Source: Acidobacteriota bacterium
GTDB lineage: Bacteria; Acidobacteriota; UBA6911; RPQK01; JAJDTT01
Direction of reading: 5' to 3'
NCBI GenBank assembly: GCA_965209055.1
Contig: OZ242374.1
Span: 3,232,001 to 3,296,000 of the forward strand
Length of the DNA: 64,000 bases
Below the pieces are notes generated by a model. The model worked only from the letters and a program-made list of their open reading frames with translations. It made no database searches and had not been told where the DNA came from. Within the stretch, counting starts at the first letter, position 1. Each line of letters starts with the position of its first letter. Shown here one piece after another: positions 8,732 through 18,470 of the stretch. The translations under genes and the position numbers were made by a program.

Positions 8732-9730
8732 ATGCTCAAATTCGGATTGTTCGGAGCCGGCAGGATCGGCCGCATGCGTGCAAGAATCCTCGCGGCAAAC
8801 CACCGTGTGGAACTGGCGGGGATCTACGATGTCGATGCTGACGCCGTCGCCTCCGCCGCAACCGAGACCAGATCCGTTTCTGTCGACTCCGTCGACGCCC
8901 TGCTCGGAGACCCGACCCTCGACGCCGTTTGCATCTCCTCCTCCACCAGCACCCACTGCGACCTGATCGAAGGCGCCGCGCGGACCGGCAAGGCGGTGTT
9001 CTGCGAAAAACCGATCCACCTGGAAATGGAGCGGGCCGACGCCTGCGGGGCGGTTCTGGCCGAGACCGGCGTACCTTTTCAGATCGGTTTCAACCGGCGC
9101 TTCGACCCCAACCACGGTGAGGTGCAACGGGCTGCCCGCAATGGCGAGATCGGCCGTCTGGAGCAGGCCGTCATCAGCAGCCGGGATCCATACCCGCCGC
9201 CCCTGCGTTTTCTTCGGGGTTCCGGGGGAATATTCCGGGACATGATGGTCCACGACTTCGACATGGCCCGCTTCCTGTTCAATGAGGAGCCCGTGGAGGT
9301 CACGGCCATGGGCAGCGTGCTCTTCGATACGCGTTGCGAGGAATTCGGCGACGCGGACAGCGCCATGGTCGTGCTGCGGATGGCCTCGGGCGCTCTCTGC
9401 CACGTCAACTGTTCGCGCCACTGCTCGTTTGGCTACGACCAGCGGATCGAGCTGTTTGGAGAAGGTGGCATGCTGGTCTCCGCCAATCCGGCCCGGACCA
9501 GCATCGAACGCTACACGGAAAGTGGGACCTCCGCCCGCGACCGGCTGCACCCCTTCTTCATCGAGCGGTACGAAGAAGCGTTCACGCGGGAGATCGACGC
9601 CTTCGTGGATGCCGTGGAACAAGGCGTCAAGCCGTCACCCGGCTTCGATGACGGGAGGCGCGCCCTGCGAGTTGCCGACGCGGCGGAAGAATCAGCCAGG
9701 AGCGGCCGGACCGTCCGGGTGGGCGACTGA
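8732..9730 (+). CDS. iolG: myo-inositol 2-dehydrogenase (Gfo/Idh/MocA family)
   Basis: GAGRIG, CEKP, GFNRRFDP, SRDP, SGGIFRDMMVHDFD, GYDQRIE, FFIERY motifs. Confidence 0.88.
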   Translation: MLKFGLFGAGRIGRMRARILAANHRVELAGIYDVDADAVASAATETRSVSVDSVDALLGDPTLDAVCISSSTSTHCDLIEGAARTGKAVFCEKPIHLEMERADACGAVLAETGVPFQIGFNRRFDPNHGEVQRAARNGEIGRLEQAVISSRDPYPPPLRFLRGSGGIFRDMMVHDFDMARFLFNEEPVEVTAMGSVLFDTRCEEFGDADSAMVVLRMASGALCHVNCSRHCSFGYDQRIELFGEGGMLVSANPARTSIERYTESGTSARDRLHPFFIERYEEAFTREIDAFVDAVEQGVKPSPGFDDGRRALRVADAAEESARSGRTVRVGD

Positions 9731-9755
9731 GCCCGCGTCCGGGTGTTTCCAACTG

Positions 9756-9941
9756 TCAGCAGGCCTTGAACAACAAGACAACCAGACCACCGACAACGAG
9801 CCCGACGAGAGTGACCAGGAGTTTGAGTACCTCGATGGCAACGAGCCCAAGAACCGCGCCCACGGTGACATTCGTAACGAGTCGAGTGTCGAGTTGGGAC
9901 GTAAACCAAGTCCAGATTCGCTTGATTTTCCTTTTCTTCAT
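9756..9941 (-). CDS. Small hypothetical membrane protein
   Basis: 61 aa, basic N-terminus then hydrophobic; co-oriented directly downstream of the cytochrome genes. Confidence 0.5.
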   Translation of the reverse strand: MKKRKIKRIWTWFTSQLDTRLVTNVTVGAVLGLVAIEVLKLLVTLVGLVVGGLVVLLFKAC

Positions 9942-9953
9942 TTCTTGGCGGCG

Positions 9954-10166
9954 TCACTCCTTCCGTGTCGCGACGGACCAGAGGTAGAGAACCATCCCCG
10001 TTCCGACCAGTCCCGCTCCCAACGTCAGGAACAGGAACAGGGAAACCGGATGGTTCCAGAACAGCGTGCCCAACTCCACCGCAATCCCGGCCGCGATCAG
10101 CAATCCGGCAAGTTGCAGGCGGCCCGCGAATCCCGTCCGAAAACCCAGCGACCGAATCCAGCTCAC
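9954..10166 (-). CDS. Small two-TM membrane protein
   Basis: GTG start overlaps the upstream TGA (GTGA); two hydrophobic helices. Confidence 0.7.
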   Translation of the reverse strand: MSWIRSLGFRTGFAGRLQLAGLLIAAGIAVELGTLFWNHPVSLFLFLTLGAGLVGTGMVLYLWSVATRKE

Positions 10167-10780
10167 GGCTTCGCCTCCGGGTCCCAACGCCCGAACCGGT
10201 CCAGCTTCGTGACCTCGTGAATCAGGTTGTGGCACATGAGGCACGACTTGGTCCCGGAGATCAGATCGGATCGAAATCGCAGGTGTGCCGGGAATTCCTC
10301 GAAGGACCTGGCTCCTTGGTGGCATTCCAGGCAGGCCCGGTTCTCATACGGCTCGTAGAGCTTCACCGGGTCGGACCACGAGCCCAAGACGCTGTGCCAG
10401 ACATGTCTCACGCCGCGGATCTTGTCGTCCACGTCTCCGAACATGGTGTAGCTCGTGTGGCAGGTGTAGCAGGCCTTGTCGGCGGGGATGAGCTTGTTCT
10501 GGAAGTGAGCGGCGGGAAGGAACCGGGGATGGTCGATGAGCAGGCTCTCCCCGTAGGGCTCGATAGCGTGGCAGGAGAGGCAGAAGTCGGTCGTCTTGGC
10601 CTGCTCGTAGTGCCGGTCGGCGCCGCCCAGGATCAGGAGCCCCGGCATTGCGAAGAGGGCGACGAACGCGAGTATCCTGCCCCCGACGGCGTCGGTCCAT
10701 TCGGGCCGGCGGGCGAATGCCGCGATCAAGGCGATGGTTGCGAGTCCCGACAGGCTCAGGAGGATGACGTCGCCAGTCAC
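10163..10780 (-). CDS. NapC/NirT-family membrane tetraheme cytochrome c
   Basis: Two TM helices, TTDFCLSCH, CYTCH, CLECH, CLMCH; GTG start coupled to the upstream stop. Confidence 0.88.
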   Translation of the reverse strand: MTGDVILLSLSGLATIALIAAFARRPEWTDAVGGRILAFVALFAMPGLLILGGADRHYEQAKTTDFCLSCHAIEPYGESLLIDHPRFLPAAHFQNKLIPADKACYTCHTSYTMFGDVDDKIRGVRHVWHSVLGSWSDPVKLYEPYENRACLECHQGARSFEEFPAHLRFRSDLISGTKSCLMCHNLIHEVTKLDRFGRWDPEAKP

Positions 10781-12129
10781 TCGATTGGGGTCCTCACGGT
10801 CGGATGATGTTTGCCGCGCAGCTCCTGCGCCAACGTCCTGATCTCGGTCAGATCCTGCAGCATCTCGCTCCACCCGTACCAGAGCGCGTAATCCGGATTG
10901 TTATGAAACGTTCCCTGAAACGCGCGCATCCGGTGTTCCAGGTGCATCTTGAAGAGGCGCTGCTCGATGGTCGAGGGGGCGTCGTGGAAAGCCAGCAGGT
11001 CGGGGAAGTCGTAGGCATAGTGGTCCGGCTTGCTCAGGATGCCGTCACGGTAGAGGGAGGCGATGATGCGGATCGCCTCCGCCAGCAGCCGGTCGGTCTC
11101 ACGAATCATCTCATCGCCCTTCTCCAGTTCCGCTCGCACCAGATTCGACGAGTGGCATTGCTCGCAGATCTGGATCATCCGGTCGCGCTCTTTCTGCCAG
11201 TCCTCCTGGGTCAGCCGGGCGACGTCGGCCTGCTTCACCACCTCCAGCCGGGGAGTCGGGTTGCCCTGCGGGTCCAGGACGCCGAGGGCCTGGAGGATGG
11301 TGGCGCGATCGGCCGCCCACTCCGGGTCCTCCGGCATGGGGAGGCGCACGGCCAGGAATCCCCACGCCGTCCTCACCCCATGATCCCCCTTGGGCATGTG
11401 GCACGTCTGGCAGGTGGGGGCCGACGCCTGTTCCGGCAGGGTTCCGGTCTGCTTGAGCATGTGCCGGACGCCGTGTTTGGACGAGGAGTACATCTCCCAC
11501 TGAGGATGGTCGATTCCCATGTGGCAGGTCCGGCAGGCCTGGGGTTCCCGGGCCTCCTTGACCGAAAAGAGGTGCCGCGTGTGGCAGGTGTCACACGACG
11601 CCAGTCCGAACATAACGCCGTCCGCCTTCAGTTGCCGGATCTCTTCCTCGCTCTTGAGCCCGACGCGATGGCAGCCGCCGCAGCCCTTCATCCCTTCGGT
11701 CAGGGCCATGGGGAGCCAATGCGTCGTGGGCATGGCGTTCATGCTGGCCCAGGCCAGGGCGTGCTTGCCCCCTTGGAACTGCTCCGTCTGAATCGGATGG
11801 CAGGTGGCGCAGACATCGGGAGTCGCCGTCTTCACCAGCGCCACGTCCTCCGCCGTCCGATGTTCCTCGCCATGGCAGAGGGAACAGTCCACCCCCGCGG
11901 GGTTGTGACGGCTCAACTCCCAGTCCGTGACGATGCCGGGAGTCACCTCGCGGTGGCACTCGACGCAGTCCGAGGAGGCCTGTTTCACGTCGCGGTCGCC
12001 GCATGAAACCAGGCCCAGAACGGCCAAAGGCAGGAAAAAGAAGGCGCGGCGCAGTCCACCGGTCCCGGTCCGGTCGCGGAGCAACGGCCGTTGGGAGTCG
12101 AACAGCTCTCGAACGCAGAGTCCTGACAC
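10777..12129 (-). CDS. Octaheme cytochrome c, hydroxylamine oxidoreductase (HAO) family
   Basis: Eight CxxCH motifs (CVECH, CSLCH, CATCH, CGGCH, CDTCH, CRTCH, CQTCH, CEQCH), CHTRHLFS..EAR.P.AC..CHMG.DHPQWE.Y..SKHG signature, lipobox LVSC. Confidence 0.88.
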   Translation of the reverse strand: MSGLCVRELFDSQRPLLRDRTGTGGLRRAFFFLPLAVLGLVSCGDRDVKQASSDCVECHREVTPGIVTDWELSRHNPAGVDCSLCHGEEHRTAEDVALVKTATPDVCATCHPIQTEQFQGGKHALAWASMNAMPTTHWLPMALTEGMKGCGGCHRVGLKSEEEIRQLKADGVMFGLASCDTCHTRHLFSVKEAREPQACRTCHMGIDHPQWEMYSSSKHGVRHMLKQTGTLPEQASAPTCQTCHMPKGDHGVRTAWGFLAVRLPMPEDPEWAADRATILQALGVLDPQGNPTPRLEVVKQADVARLTQEDWQKERDRMIQICEQCHSSNLVRAELEKGDEMIRETDRLLAEAIRIIASLYRDGILSKPDHYAYDFPDLLAFHDAPSTIEQRLFKMHLEHRMRAFQGTFHNNPDYALWYGWSEMLQDLTEIRTLAQELRGKHHPTVRTPIE

Positions 12130-12254
12130 TCGATTCCCTTCAGTAGGGATTATCCCTCATTTCTCTCTTTCGGGTCGCCCCGCCAAGAATTCTCCTCCTA
12201 TTGAGCCGGCTCCGCCCACGTGGTAAATGACTCGGTCATACCAAGGAGGTTCGG

Positions 12255-12524
12255 ATGACCGTGAAAAAGACCGTCAGCTTTACGGATCGCCACCATCGGT
12301 ACCTGTCGGAGAAGGTGGACCAGGGCATGTTTGCCACTCGGAATGCAGTGGCGGCGGCGGCCATCGAACAGATGATGCAGGAAGAGGCCGAGCGAAACGT
12401 GGCAATTTCGGCTTCGGCCGAAGAAATCCGCATGCGTATGCGGACGCCAGTTTCCGAGTATGTGGACCAGGATCACGTTTTCTCAGCCGCTCGCACTCCG
12501 ATTGGGATTGACCCGAAGACGTGA
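12255..12524 (+). CDS. ParD-like RHH antitoxin (orphan)
   Basis: AAGGAGG RBS; MTVKKTVSFTDRHHRYLSEKVDQGMFATRNAVAAAAIEQM; no toxin downstream. Confidence 0.7.
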   Translation: MTVKKTVSFTDRHHRYLSEKVDQGMFATRNAVAAAAIEQMMQEEAERNVAISASAEEIRMRMRTPVSEYVDQDHVFSAARTPIGIDPKT

Positions 12525-12560
12525 CTGTCCCCTTCCGAACAGGTGCTGTCCTTCCCCCGG

Positions 12561-15260
12561 CTACCGGAAAGCGTAGCGGATGCGGATGCCGATCCGCCGC
12601 GGCGAGAGCACGTTGGCGAAGTAGCGCCGCGACCGGAAGCCCGCTCCGGTCATGCCGATATGTCCGGGTGTCTGGCGCACACCGGTGACGGCGTATTCGT
12701 CCAGCAGGTTGTTGGCATAGAACTCCAGCGTCCAGTCGTTCTTCGCAATCGACACCGACAGGTTGTGGAGATCGTAGGACGGCAGAGCCTCGCCGCCGGC
12801 GCGCAAACCGATGCGCGTGAGCACGTCCCCGGTATACGTGTAGCCGTACAGCAGCTCGACCACGCTGCTGCCCAACAGCCAGTTATAGGAAGCCAGCAGG
12901 CTGCCCTGGTGGCGCGGCGCGCCCGACAGGCGGTCTCCCTTGAACGCGTCGGCGCCCCCTTCCAGCAGGCCGGGCGAGTCCTTGCTTAGCTCCGCGTGCG
13001 CATATGACCACGACCCGCGGAGGCGGAACGCCGTCGCCGGGCTGGCGGCCGCCGTGAGTTCGACGCCGCGGCTCACTGCGCCGCCGCCGTTCAGCGTGAT
13101 CGGCTGCGCGCTGAAGGGTGTCAAACCCGCTACTTGAATATCCTTCCAGTCGACGTGGAACAGCGTGCCGCCGGCCGTAAACCGGCCGTCGCGGCCCGAG
13201 TGGCGCAGGCCCACTTCGTAGTTGGTGGTCGTGTCCGGCCGGATCAGCGCCTGATTCTCGTAGATGCAACCGGACTGCGGTGGATCGTTCCCGGGATCCG
13301 CGTCGGTGAGCAGGGTGATCTCCTCGTCGGTGCAGATCCGGAAATTGTTGCCGCCGCCGATGCGGTATCCCTCGGAGCGGGTGAAGTAGGCGTTTGTCTC
13401 GTCGTCGAACCGGTAACTGATGCTGCCCTTCACCAATGTGCCGCGGTCGTGGGAATCAAAGGCGGTGAGCGGAGAGTTGTACATGGGCGTGTAGGGGAAC
13501 TCGGTCGCGTTGCTGGTGTCGATGCCGTATCCGAACCAGCGGCCGCCGGCGGTCACACGCCAGCGGTCGCCCAGGTCGCGCGAGATCTCACCGAACAGCG
13601 CCCGCTCCTCCACCGCGCTGGTTCCGAAGTCGTAGTACTCGACCGGATCGGACACGGGGCTGCCCCCCAGGACAGGCGTGACTCCGGAGAATTCCGTCAG
13701 GCCGGGAGCGAATTCGAAGCTGGTGGCGTCGAGGTCGTAGTTGTTGAAGAAGACGCCGCCGACCCAGCGCCAAGGGCCTTCTCCGGTGGAGACCACGCGA
13801 GTCTCCCAATTGAAACGATCCTCGCGGGAATCCTCGCGGGTGTAGGCGGAAAAAGAGCGAAACTGCGCCGTCAGGTCGGTGGCCGAGACGCTGGGATCGA
13901 TGGCCTGCGCCCGCGTTAGCGCCGGAAAATCGCCTGGCAGGAGCCCGACGATGCCGAACGCCTGGATCAACAGGTCGGTCTGGTCGCGCTGACCCTGCTG
14001 GGAGTAACGGGAATAGCCAATGGCGGTGGTCAACTCCACCGGGCCCGGCACCCAGCTCAGCTCCAGGCTCCCCAACCGGTTCTTACGGTCGTTCGGCTCC
14101 AGGTAGCGGTGCGCCGCGGTGTAGCGGCCGGTGTCGAACGACCGGGCGTGGTTGATCTGCCGCGCGCCGGCGTGCTGATCCTGCAGGTGATAGGCGAACA
14201 ACGCCGACAGTTCCGGAGTGATCTCCCAGAGCAGCGAGAGTCGCGCCGAGTAGGTTTCCTCGGTGTTGGCGTCGGGCGCGCTCCGCAGGTTGGCCGCCAC
14301 CGCGGCGGGGTCGGTCAGGTCCGGCTCGGGTTCGGAGACGCCGGGCGTGCGCAGCAGGTAGTCGTAGTCGATGAATCCGGGGTCGGCGTAGCGGTCGACG
14401 GAGCCGCGCAGCGCCAGCTTCCGGGTCACCAGCGGCAGGTTGAAGGTGAAGCCGGCATCCGAGCCGGGTGAGCCGCTGTGCGCCAGCGCGAACCCGTCGC
14501 CGCGCAGCTCTAAACTGCGCCGCTCGGTGTCGGGGCGGCGCGGCAGGTAGCGCACCGCGCCTGCCAGCGTACCGGCGCCGTACAAGGTCCCCTGCGGCCC
14601 CAGCAGCACCTCCACCCGCTCGATGTCGTGCAGCCGAAGGTCGACCGCCAGGGGGATGTCGCCGAGGTAGGTCGCGACGCCGTTGTTGTAGTTGTTGCCG
14701 GCCTGCTCGGAGCCGTTCAGAGCGTCCGTGTGCAGGCCGCGCGCGATGACGACGTTGCTGCCGCGCGCGCCCTGGTCGACCACGGTCAGGCCGGGCATCC
14801 AGCGTGACAGCTCCGTCAGGTTGCCGATTCGCTGCCGCTCGATGTCCGCGCCGGTCGCCACCGAGATGCTCATCGGCACCTCCCGCAGCGGCTCCTCCAT
14901 GCGGGTCGCCGTTACCACCAGCGCGTCGTCGAAGGCGGCGAGCCGCAGCGTGATGACCGGCAGCTCCACCGGTTCGGATCGGACGGCAACGCCGTCCATC
15001 GACTCGGCGTCGAATCCGGGCAGGGAGACGGTGACCGTGTAGGTTCCGGGATGGAGGCCCGTGAACACGAAGCGGCCGGTGTCGTCCGTCTGCGCCTCGC
15101 GGCGACCATCCGGGCCGCCCGTCAGCGTGACGCCCGCCCCGCGAAGCACTCCGCCGGTCGCATCGGCGACCACCCCCGCGATCTGTCCGGACTGCGCGGC
15201 AGCCGGCGCCGCCGCCGCGGCCATCGAAAACAATAGCCCAACGGCCGCCAGCCACTTCAC
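12561..15260 (-). CDS. TonB-dependent receptor
   Basis: Probable start is GTG 15260 (coupled to the SSS stop); signal peptide, VVTATRMEE, DIERVEVLLGPQGTLYGAG, C-terminal NNLLDE...IRYAF. Confidence 0.9.
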   Translation of the reverse strand: MKWLAAVGLLFSMAAAAAPAAAQSGQIAGVVADATGGVLRGAGVTLTGGPDGRREAQTDDTGRFVFTGLHPGTYTVTVSLPGFDAESMDGVAVRSEPVELPVITLRLAAFDDALVVTATRMEEPLREVPMSISVATGADIERQRIGNLTELSRWMPGLTVVDQGARGSNVVIARGLHTDALNGSEQAGNNYNNGVATYLGDIPLAVDLRLHDIERVEVLLGPQGTLYGAGTLAGAVRYLPRRPDTERRSLELRGDGFALAHSGSPGSDAGFTFNLPLVTRKLALRGSVDRYADPGFIDYDYLLRTPGVSEPEPDLTDPAAVAANLRSAPDANTEETYSARLSLLWEITPELSALFAYHLQDQHAGARQINHARSFDTGRYTAAHRYLEPNDRKNRLGSLELSWVPGPVELTTAIGYSRYSQQGQRDQTDLLIQAFGIVGLLPGDFPALTRAQAIDPSVSATDLTAQFRSFSAYTREDSREDRFNWETRVVSTGEGPWRWVGGVFFNNYDLDATSFEFAPGLTEFSGVTPVLGGSPVSDPVEYYDFGTSAVEERALFGEISRDLGDRWRVTAGGRWFGYGIDTSNATEFPYTPMYNSPLTAFDSHDRGTLVKGSISYRFDDETNAYFTRSEGYRIGGGNNFRICTDEEITLLTDADPGNDPPQSGCIYENQALIRPDTTTNYEVGLRHSGRDGRFTAGGTLFHVDWKDIQVAGLTPFSAQPITLNGGGAVSRGVELTAAASPATAFRLRGSWSYAHAELSKDSPGLLEGGADAFKGDRLSGAPRHQGSLLASYNWLLGSSVVELLYGYTYTGDVLTRIGLRAGGEALPSYDLHNLSVSIAKNDWTLEFYANNLLDEYAVTGVRQTPGHIGMTGAGFRSRRYFANVLSPRRIGIRIRYAFR

Positions 15261-16756
15261 CACACCGAGGCCCTCCCGGACCGGCCCCCCTTCCTCCGGC
15301 TGGCGGCATAGCCCACCACCAGCACCAGGATATGTCCGATCATCCCGATGGTCATGGGCATCCAGGGAAAGTTGTAGGCGCCCAGATCCAGCAACGGGCT
15401 CTGGCTGTTGGGCATCTCCACCCGGGTCAGGGCGGCCCAGAGAGTGAACAGCACGCAGGCGGCGAGACCGGTGTAGGCTCCCTTGGCCGTGGCCTTGGGG
15501 AAGAGCCATCCCAGGGCGAAGAGCCCCAGTTTTCCCCCCGACACGACCAGCGCCAGGCCGAGCGAGTATTTCACCAGCGACTCGATGCCGATCCACTGCT
15601 GCGCCAGGAAAATGGACATCAGCCCGCCGGCCACCACCCCGGCCCGGCCCACCATGAGCTGGCGCCGCTGAGGCGCCCCGGGTCGCACCCGCCGATAGAA
15701 GTTCTGCAGCACCACCGCCGCGATGCTGTTGAGATCCGAGTCCATGCTGGACATGGCCGCCGCCAGCAGTCCCGCCAGGAGCAGTCCCAGCAGCCCCGGC
15801 GGCAGCTCGGTCATGATGAAGTGGGGAATGATGTTGTCCTTGACCTCTGCGACCTGCGGGGGAAGCGCCGACGGGTCGGCCTGGTAGAAGGCCCAGAGCA
15901 AGCCTCCCAGGAACATGAACAGGAGCCAGATGGGGATGCAGGAGAGGATGCCCAACTGTGCGCTGCGGCGGGCCTCCCGGTCGCTTCGGGCCAGCAGGTA
16001 TCTCTGCACCATGTTCTGGTCGGTCCCGAAGGCCTGAAGGAAGTGGAAGACCCCTCCCACGAACAGGAGCCAGAAGTTGTCCTCGATCAGGCTGGGCTCC
16101 CAGTTGCCCAGGCTGAACTTGCCCCCTTCCCAGGCGGTGGTGACGATCTCGCCGGCGTCCCCCCGCCCCAGAATCAGGGCGCAGCAGAGCAGGCCTCCCC
16201 CTACCAGCAGGATCCCCTGCAGGAAATCGGTCCAGACTACGCCCTGAATGCCGCCCGCCAGGGTGTAGGCCACGGTCAGCAGGCCCACCACCAGGATCAC
16301 CCACCACACGTCCCACCCGGTGACGAAGGCCAGGGCCAGTCCCAGGAAGTAGACGGTCAGGCTCATGTCCAGGACCCGGCTCAGGATGAAGGAGACGGAG
16401 GCATAAGCCTGGGCCGGATACCCGAAACGGGTTCCCAGGTACTCGTAGGGGCTCATTCGAAGCGTGCGGCGGTAGAAGACCACGAACCGCCCCAGGGTCA
16501 GAAGCACCACCAGCGGCAGGCCCAGGTGATAGGCGAAGGGCCACATGTCGCTGAAAAAGACGTTCCCGGGATGGCCCACGAAGGTGGCGCTGCTCACCAC
16601 CGTCCCCATGAGGGAGAACCCCACCACCCAGCCGGGCAGGTTGCGTCCGGCCAGGAAGTAGTCCTCCGCCGATTTCTGGCGCCGGGAGAAGTGGAAGGCC
16701 AGGCCGCCGATAAACGCCAGGTAGACGACCAGGACCGTGACGTCGAGTGGGCTCAT
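15257..16756 (-). CDS. Sodium:solute symporter (SSS family)
   Basis: EDYFLAGRNLP, YEYLGTRFG, GGIQGVVWTD, DQNMVQRYL, AAAMSSMDSDLNS. Confidence 0.93.
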   Translation of the reverse strand: MSPLDVTVLVVYLAFIGGLAFHFSRRQKSAEDYFLAGRNLPGWVVGFSLMGTVVSSATFVGHPGNVFFSDMWPFAYHLGLPLVVLLTLGRFVVFYRRTLRMSPYEYLGTRFGYPAQAYASVSFILSRVLDMSLTVYFLGLALAFVTGWDVWWVILVVGLLTVAYTLAGGIQGVVWTDFLQGILLVGGGLLCCALILGRGDAGEIVTTAWEGGKFSLGNWEPSLIEDNFWLLFVGGVFHFLQAFGTDQNMVQRYLLARSDREARRSAQLGILSCIPIWLLFMFLGGLLWAFYQADPSALPPQVAEVKDNIIPHFIMTELPPGLLGLLLAGLLAAAMSSMDSDLNSIAAVVLQNFYRRVRPGAPQRRQLMVGRAGVVAGGLMSIFLAQQWIGIESLVKYSLGLALVVSGGKLGLFALGWLFPKATAKGAYTGLAACVLFTLWAALTRVEMPNSQSPLLDLGAYNFPWMPMTIGMIGHILVLVVGYAASRRKGGRSGRASVW

Positions 16757-16843
16757 TCGGAACCGACGGAATCGGTAATCTGCACTGCCATTGCTCTTGC
16801 TGCGCCGTAGGCGTCAGCGGCGACAACGATAACACGACCGTCA

Positions 16844-17404
16844 GGAGCGGCGGTTTCCTAACCGCCGAACTCCGGTGTAGCAAAGTGGCGACGGAAGAAC
16901 GGGCGATTAGAAATCGCCCTTCCTGGAGCGGCGGTTTCCTAACCGCCGAACTCCGGTGTGACAACTTGGCGACGAAGACTGGGCGATTGGAAATCGCCCT
17001 TCCTGGAGCGGCGGTTTCCTAACCGCCGAACTCCGGTGTGACAACCTGGCGACGAAGACTGGGCGATTGGAAATCGCCCTTCCTGGAGCGGCGGTTTCCC
17101 AACCGCCGAACTCCGGTGTGACAACCTGGCGACGAAGACCGGGCGATTAGAAATCGCCCTTCCTGGAGCGGCGGTTTCCCAACCGCCGAACTCCGGTGTG
17201 ACAACCTGGCGACGAAGACCGGGCGATTGGAAATCGCCCTTCCTGGAGCGGCGGTTTCCTAACCGCCGAACACCGGTGTAGCAAAGTGGCGACGAAGACC
17301 GGGCGATTGGAAATCGCCCTTCCTGGGGCGGCGGTTTCCTAACCGCCGAACTCCGGTGTGGCAACTTGGCGACGAAGACCGGGCGATTGGAGATCGCCCC
17401 TCCT
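16844..17404. repeat. Tandem array of 7 units of about 80 bp, each with two inverted REP-like hairpins (BIME/REPIN-like)
   Basis: Units start at 16844, 16925, 17005, 17085, 17165, 17245, 17325; GGAGCGGCGGTTTCCTAACCGCC and GGGCGATTGGAAATCGCCCTTCC joined by near-constant linkers. Confidence 0.95.
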
Positions 17405-17405
17405 G

Positions 17406-18254
17406 TCAGGCGCTCCGTGAAACCAGCGTGACCTCGGTGACCTCCGGCGGACAATTCAGGCGCAATGGGGCTGTCACCCCGATCCCCACGTTGGTGTAGA
17501 GCCATCCCTGGCCGACCCGGTAGAGGCCCTGGTCGTACTTTCGCCCGTACGGTGGCAGGAAGGGGGAGCCGATGAAGGGGAAACGGACCTGGCCGCCGTG
17601 GCTGTGGCCCGAAAGCTGGAGCAGGACCCGGCCGTCGGCCAGGAAGTCGTCGGCGAAGTCCGGTTCGTGCATCAGGAGCAGGGTCGGGTCCTCGCCGTTG
17701 CGGTTCGCCAGCGCCTTCTCAAAGTCGTGGCGCCGGACCCAGCCGTCGTCCACGCCGGCCAGGTAGAGCGGTTGCCGGCCGACCGGCAGGGTCAACCCTT
17801 CGTTAATAAGCATGTGAATGCCGGAGCGGGTCAGTGCGTCGATCACCGCATCCGCGTTCTTCCAGTGGTCGTGGTTGCCCAGCACGGCGAAGACCCCGTA
17901 CTTGGCGTCCAGACGGCCCAGCGCCGGCGCCAGCTCGTAGATGGATTCGGCGGTGGAGAGGACATAGTCTCCGCCCAGCAGGGCCAGGTCGGGCCGGCAC
18001 TCGTTGGCCATCTCCACGGCGGCGTCGATGAGTTCGATCTGCGTGTGGGGGAAGAGATGGAAGTCGCTGAGCAGGACGATCCGCAGGCCGTCCAATGAAC
18101 CGGGCAGGCTTGGGAGAGGCACCTGGACCCGCTCCAGACGGAGCCGTTTGACCTCGAGTCTCGTCGCGTAGAGCCAGGTCCCGCTCAACCCGACGTAACC
18201 GGCCCCCAAGCCGATTCCCAGGGTCTTCAGTACTTTTCTGCGAGTGATCTTCAT
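17406..18254 (-). CDS. Metallophosphoesterase (YkuE-like) with twin-arginine-like N-terminus
   Basis: SDFH, GGDY, LGNHDH, LMHEPD, SGHSHGGQ; MKITRRKVLK. Confidence 0.92.
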   Translation of the reverse strand: MKITRRKVLKTLGIGLGAGYVGLSGTWLYATRLEVKRLRLERVQVPLPSLPGSLDGLRIVLLSDFHLFPHTQIELIDAAVEMANECRPDLALLGGDYVLSTAESIYELAPALGRLDAKYGVFAVLGNHDHWKNADAVIDALTRSGIHMLINEGLTLPVGRQPLYLAGVDDGWVRRHDFEKALANRNGEDPTLLLMHEPDFADDFLADGRVLLQLSGHSHGGQVRFPFIGSPFLPPYGRKYDQGLYRVGQGWLYTNVGIGVTAPLRLNCPPEVTEVTLVSRSA

Positions 18255-18283
18255 GGATTGAGGATCAATCATAGCACCCGTCC

Positions 18284-18362
18284 GGAGCGGCGACTTTCCT
18301 GTCGCCGATTCCTCAATCGAAGAAAGAGGAAGCATAATGGGCGGCAGGAAAGTCGCCCCTCC
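18284..18362. repeat. Inverted pair of REP-like hairpins (GGAGCGGCGACTTTCCTGTCGCC type)
   Basis: Two copies facing each other; same family at 30244-30430. Confidence 0.75.
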
Positions 18363-18470
18363 GACCCTTGCCAACAGGTTGGCGCCCGCGTAACCTCTGC
18401 CCCGAGTCGAGGCGGTCCAGCCTCGGCCGGTTTCCACGACGAGGAGAGTCCGATTCATCCGCTACTGACC

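Noticed and set aside
10777-12129. Evidence for ammonia oxidation or anammox
   Set aside because: The cross-linking Tyr appears absent and no amo, cytochrome c554 or hzs genes are in the window.
12561-16964. 1467-aa ORF as a giant fusion protein
   Set aside because: The first about 568 codons are an off-frame read-through of the repeat array and SSS gene in GC-rich DNA; the receptor signal peptide begins at GTG 15260.
16844-17404. CRISPR array
   Set aside because: Intervening sequences are near-identical rather than unique spacers, units contain inverted REP pairs that also occur singly elsewhere, and no cas genes are present.
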